This document shows, piece by piece, positions 62,018 to 64,000 of a stretch of DNA of 64,000 nt. The notes under the pieces were generated by a model that saw only the letters and a program-made list of their open reading frames with translations, did no database searches and was not told where the DNA came from. Position 1 is the stretch's first letter. Every line of letters starts with the position of its first letter. This DNA comes from Nemertoderma westbladi (taxonomy: Eukaryota > Animalia > Xenacoelomorpha), in the NCBI GenBank assembly GCA_032718475.1, contig JAUCBJ010001139.1, forward strand, positions 27,256 through 91,255, given 5' to 3'. Position numbers and translations under genes: made by a program.

Positions 62018-63150
62018 TCTACGTCTTTCTAATCGCGAATACTGGAGGTTCCCTAACGTAATGTGTGAATGCGAGAATATTTAAAATAATCAAAATGATA
62101 CAGTAACTGTTTCTACGTGGATAGTACCACTCCGAGTCTAAAACTGCCCGCGGCTGGCTTTAGGCCAGCAAAACTACTAGCGTATCGTGCGTACCGAATA
62201 GTGCGTTCTAGCTGATTGCCCGCTAATGCAAATAACCGCTCAGCGTGAATAGTTTACAGTACACTAATTATTACCTTAGCTACTCTCCGCTATGCTGCGT
62301 ACTAATTCTTAATTTTTACTAATCAATTACAGTCACAAATATTTAACAGCGTACTAATTACTAAGAGTTCCAGAATACGTAATTCTAATTTATCACGCAA
62401 CAGGTTTCGCTAGTAATAGCCTAAATTGCCGTATTACTTTGACCTAATCAGTAACTAATTATTGTAACTAAGAAATAGAAATCAATCAAAGGGAAAAGAG
62501 CGCCTATCTAAGCATTCGTAATCTTAGGCACACTTCAATAACACACCAATCAGCGTTAGAAATCACAGTTCACAATTGTGCAATTCACTACTCGTACTCC
62601 ACACTCAACGTTGTAATACGCGCAGGCCTCTCCCGGATACATCTAGGATTCCTAACTAACCCAATTCCTGCCCCCCTAATACTAAATAGAGACAAAACCT
62701 GGATCATCAGCCCCCTAGATACTGTACCAGCGATTGGTCTGCGTGCCGCAGTGCAAGATACCCGCCCGCAACGGTGACCCTGGCCAGCGTTGCCCGCTTT
62801 GAATCCTCCGCTCTCTCCTAGTCGCTCAACCCCCCGATGCGCCCACCGCCCACTGGCACCTTAGCCCTCCATGATGCTAATAGCTACCGTAGCGGCGCAT
62901 GCAAATCACAAAGTCTGACAGTCTCAGAAATCCCTTAGGATTATTGCGCAGAAAAGAATCACATAGAACCATTAATCAAAAGGTAGAAATCATAGTTCAA
63001 TTGTAATCAGCAGTAATCGAAGGAATTATTGAGAAACACAAGCAAGAGTAATCGCACTAGCAAATCATTCCAAGAAATTAATCAAAATTAGCAAAATTGC
63101 AGAAAATACGATATCCTAATACAAAATTAGAGACAGCTCAGCAAGTAAAT

Positions 63151-63776
63151 TGTAACAGGGGTGTGTCATGTGATGAGTAAGGGTATACAGCATGAACAGC
63201 AAGAACATTAAGGTTCTACCGGCACACCGCCAATTTATAGGTGATCCGGATGGGGTGATGCAATAAGGTGACTCAATCGCTCTCCCATTGGCTCTCCAGT
63301 CCGTGCTAGCATTAAACCAACCTGGAAGCAGTTAGTCCAATAAGGAGGCCGGATTGTAGCCCTATCGCTTGCCCAAACCTCAAATTATTACCTTATATGG
63401 TAATGGTTCACGTCCCTGGCCGCTGAATGGCCAGGACAGCGTCCCTATATGATAGCCCTACTGATGCTAATATCAGCAAGCACAAAATCCAGGGTCCGAA
63501 TAAACTTGCTACCCTGGGACTATCTACATATATCTTAATACAAAATTACGTAGGTAGGGCTACATACTATACAAAATGGATGGATGCAAAATATATGGGC
63601 GTTTTAACTTCCTTACCTAAATGTCACCGCACTGTGCCTTATCTAAATAATTATACTGCACAACGGACTAATATTACGTACAGTATAACGGACTAATATT
63701 GCATACTGCATAACGGACTAATACTGCATACAGTATAACGACTAATAATGTGGATACAGAGCCATATACCGTAACA
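63151..63776. other. Possible LTR-like segment
   Basis: Begins TGTAAC and ends GTAACA; no partner LTR, PBS or TSD seen. Confidence 0.25.
63650..63746. repeat. 25-bp tandem repeat, about 4 copies
   Basis: aacggactaatattgcatacagtat variants. Confidence 0.8.
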
Positions 63777-64000
63777 CCGCTCCAAGGGAAATCATATAAT
63801 GTTTCCCTCCAATTGTAGAAGAGTATAAGGTGATGTATACAAAACAAAATAAATTTCTTCCAACTAATCTAAATAACATAATAATTCTACTATTTACAAA
63901 TATTGCCATAGATATTGCATAATGAATTACATACAAATTAAATTTACAAAATATTATCTCTCTCATTGTTTAACGATTATTACATACAAATTAAATTTAC

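Overview
AT-rich, transposon-dense animal (probably invertebrate) nuclear DNA; no prokaryotic features and no CRISPR array. Host genes: an intronless Cordon-bleu-like ORF (16047-19943 +), a highly divergent PA28/PSME-like ORF (28245-28904 -), the last three exons of a PQ-loop transporter PQLC1/SLC66A2 (30569-32220 +), an orphan 562-aa ORF (possibly PH plus RhoGAP-like, -), an intronless syntaxin-8 (39752-40384 -) and a spliced low-complexity orphan (59742-about 62017 -). Mobile DNA: several non-autonomous DNA transposons with readable TIRs and TSDs (including three nested elements enclosing a satellite at 4944-12702), a P/THAP9-type transposase pseudogene, a Sola2-like fragment, decayed CR1 and RTE LINEs, tRNA-derived SINEs and a Penelope-like remnant. 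The most notable signal is four minimal Type I hammerhead ribozyme motifs: three in Penelope-type repeats with a covarying palindromic stem III, and one fused to a tRNA-Gly-like Pol III head inside an inverted repeat. All calls come from reading the sequence by eye; no searches were run.
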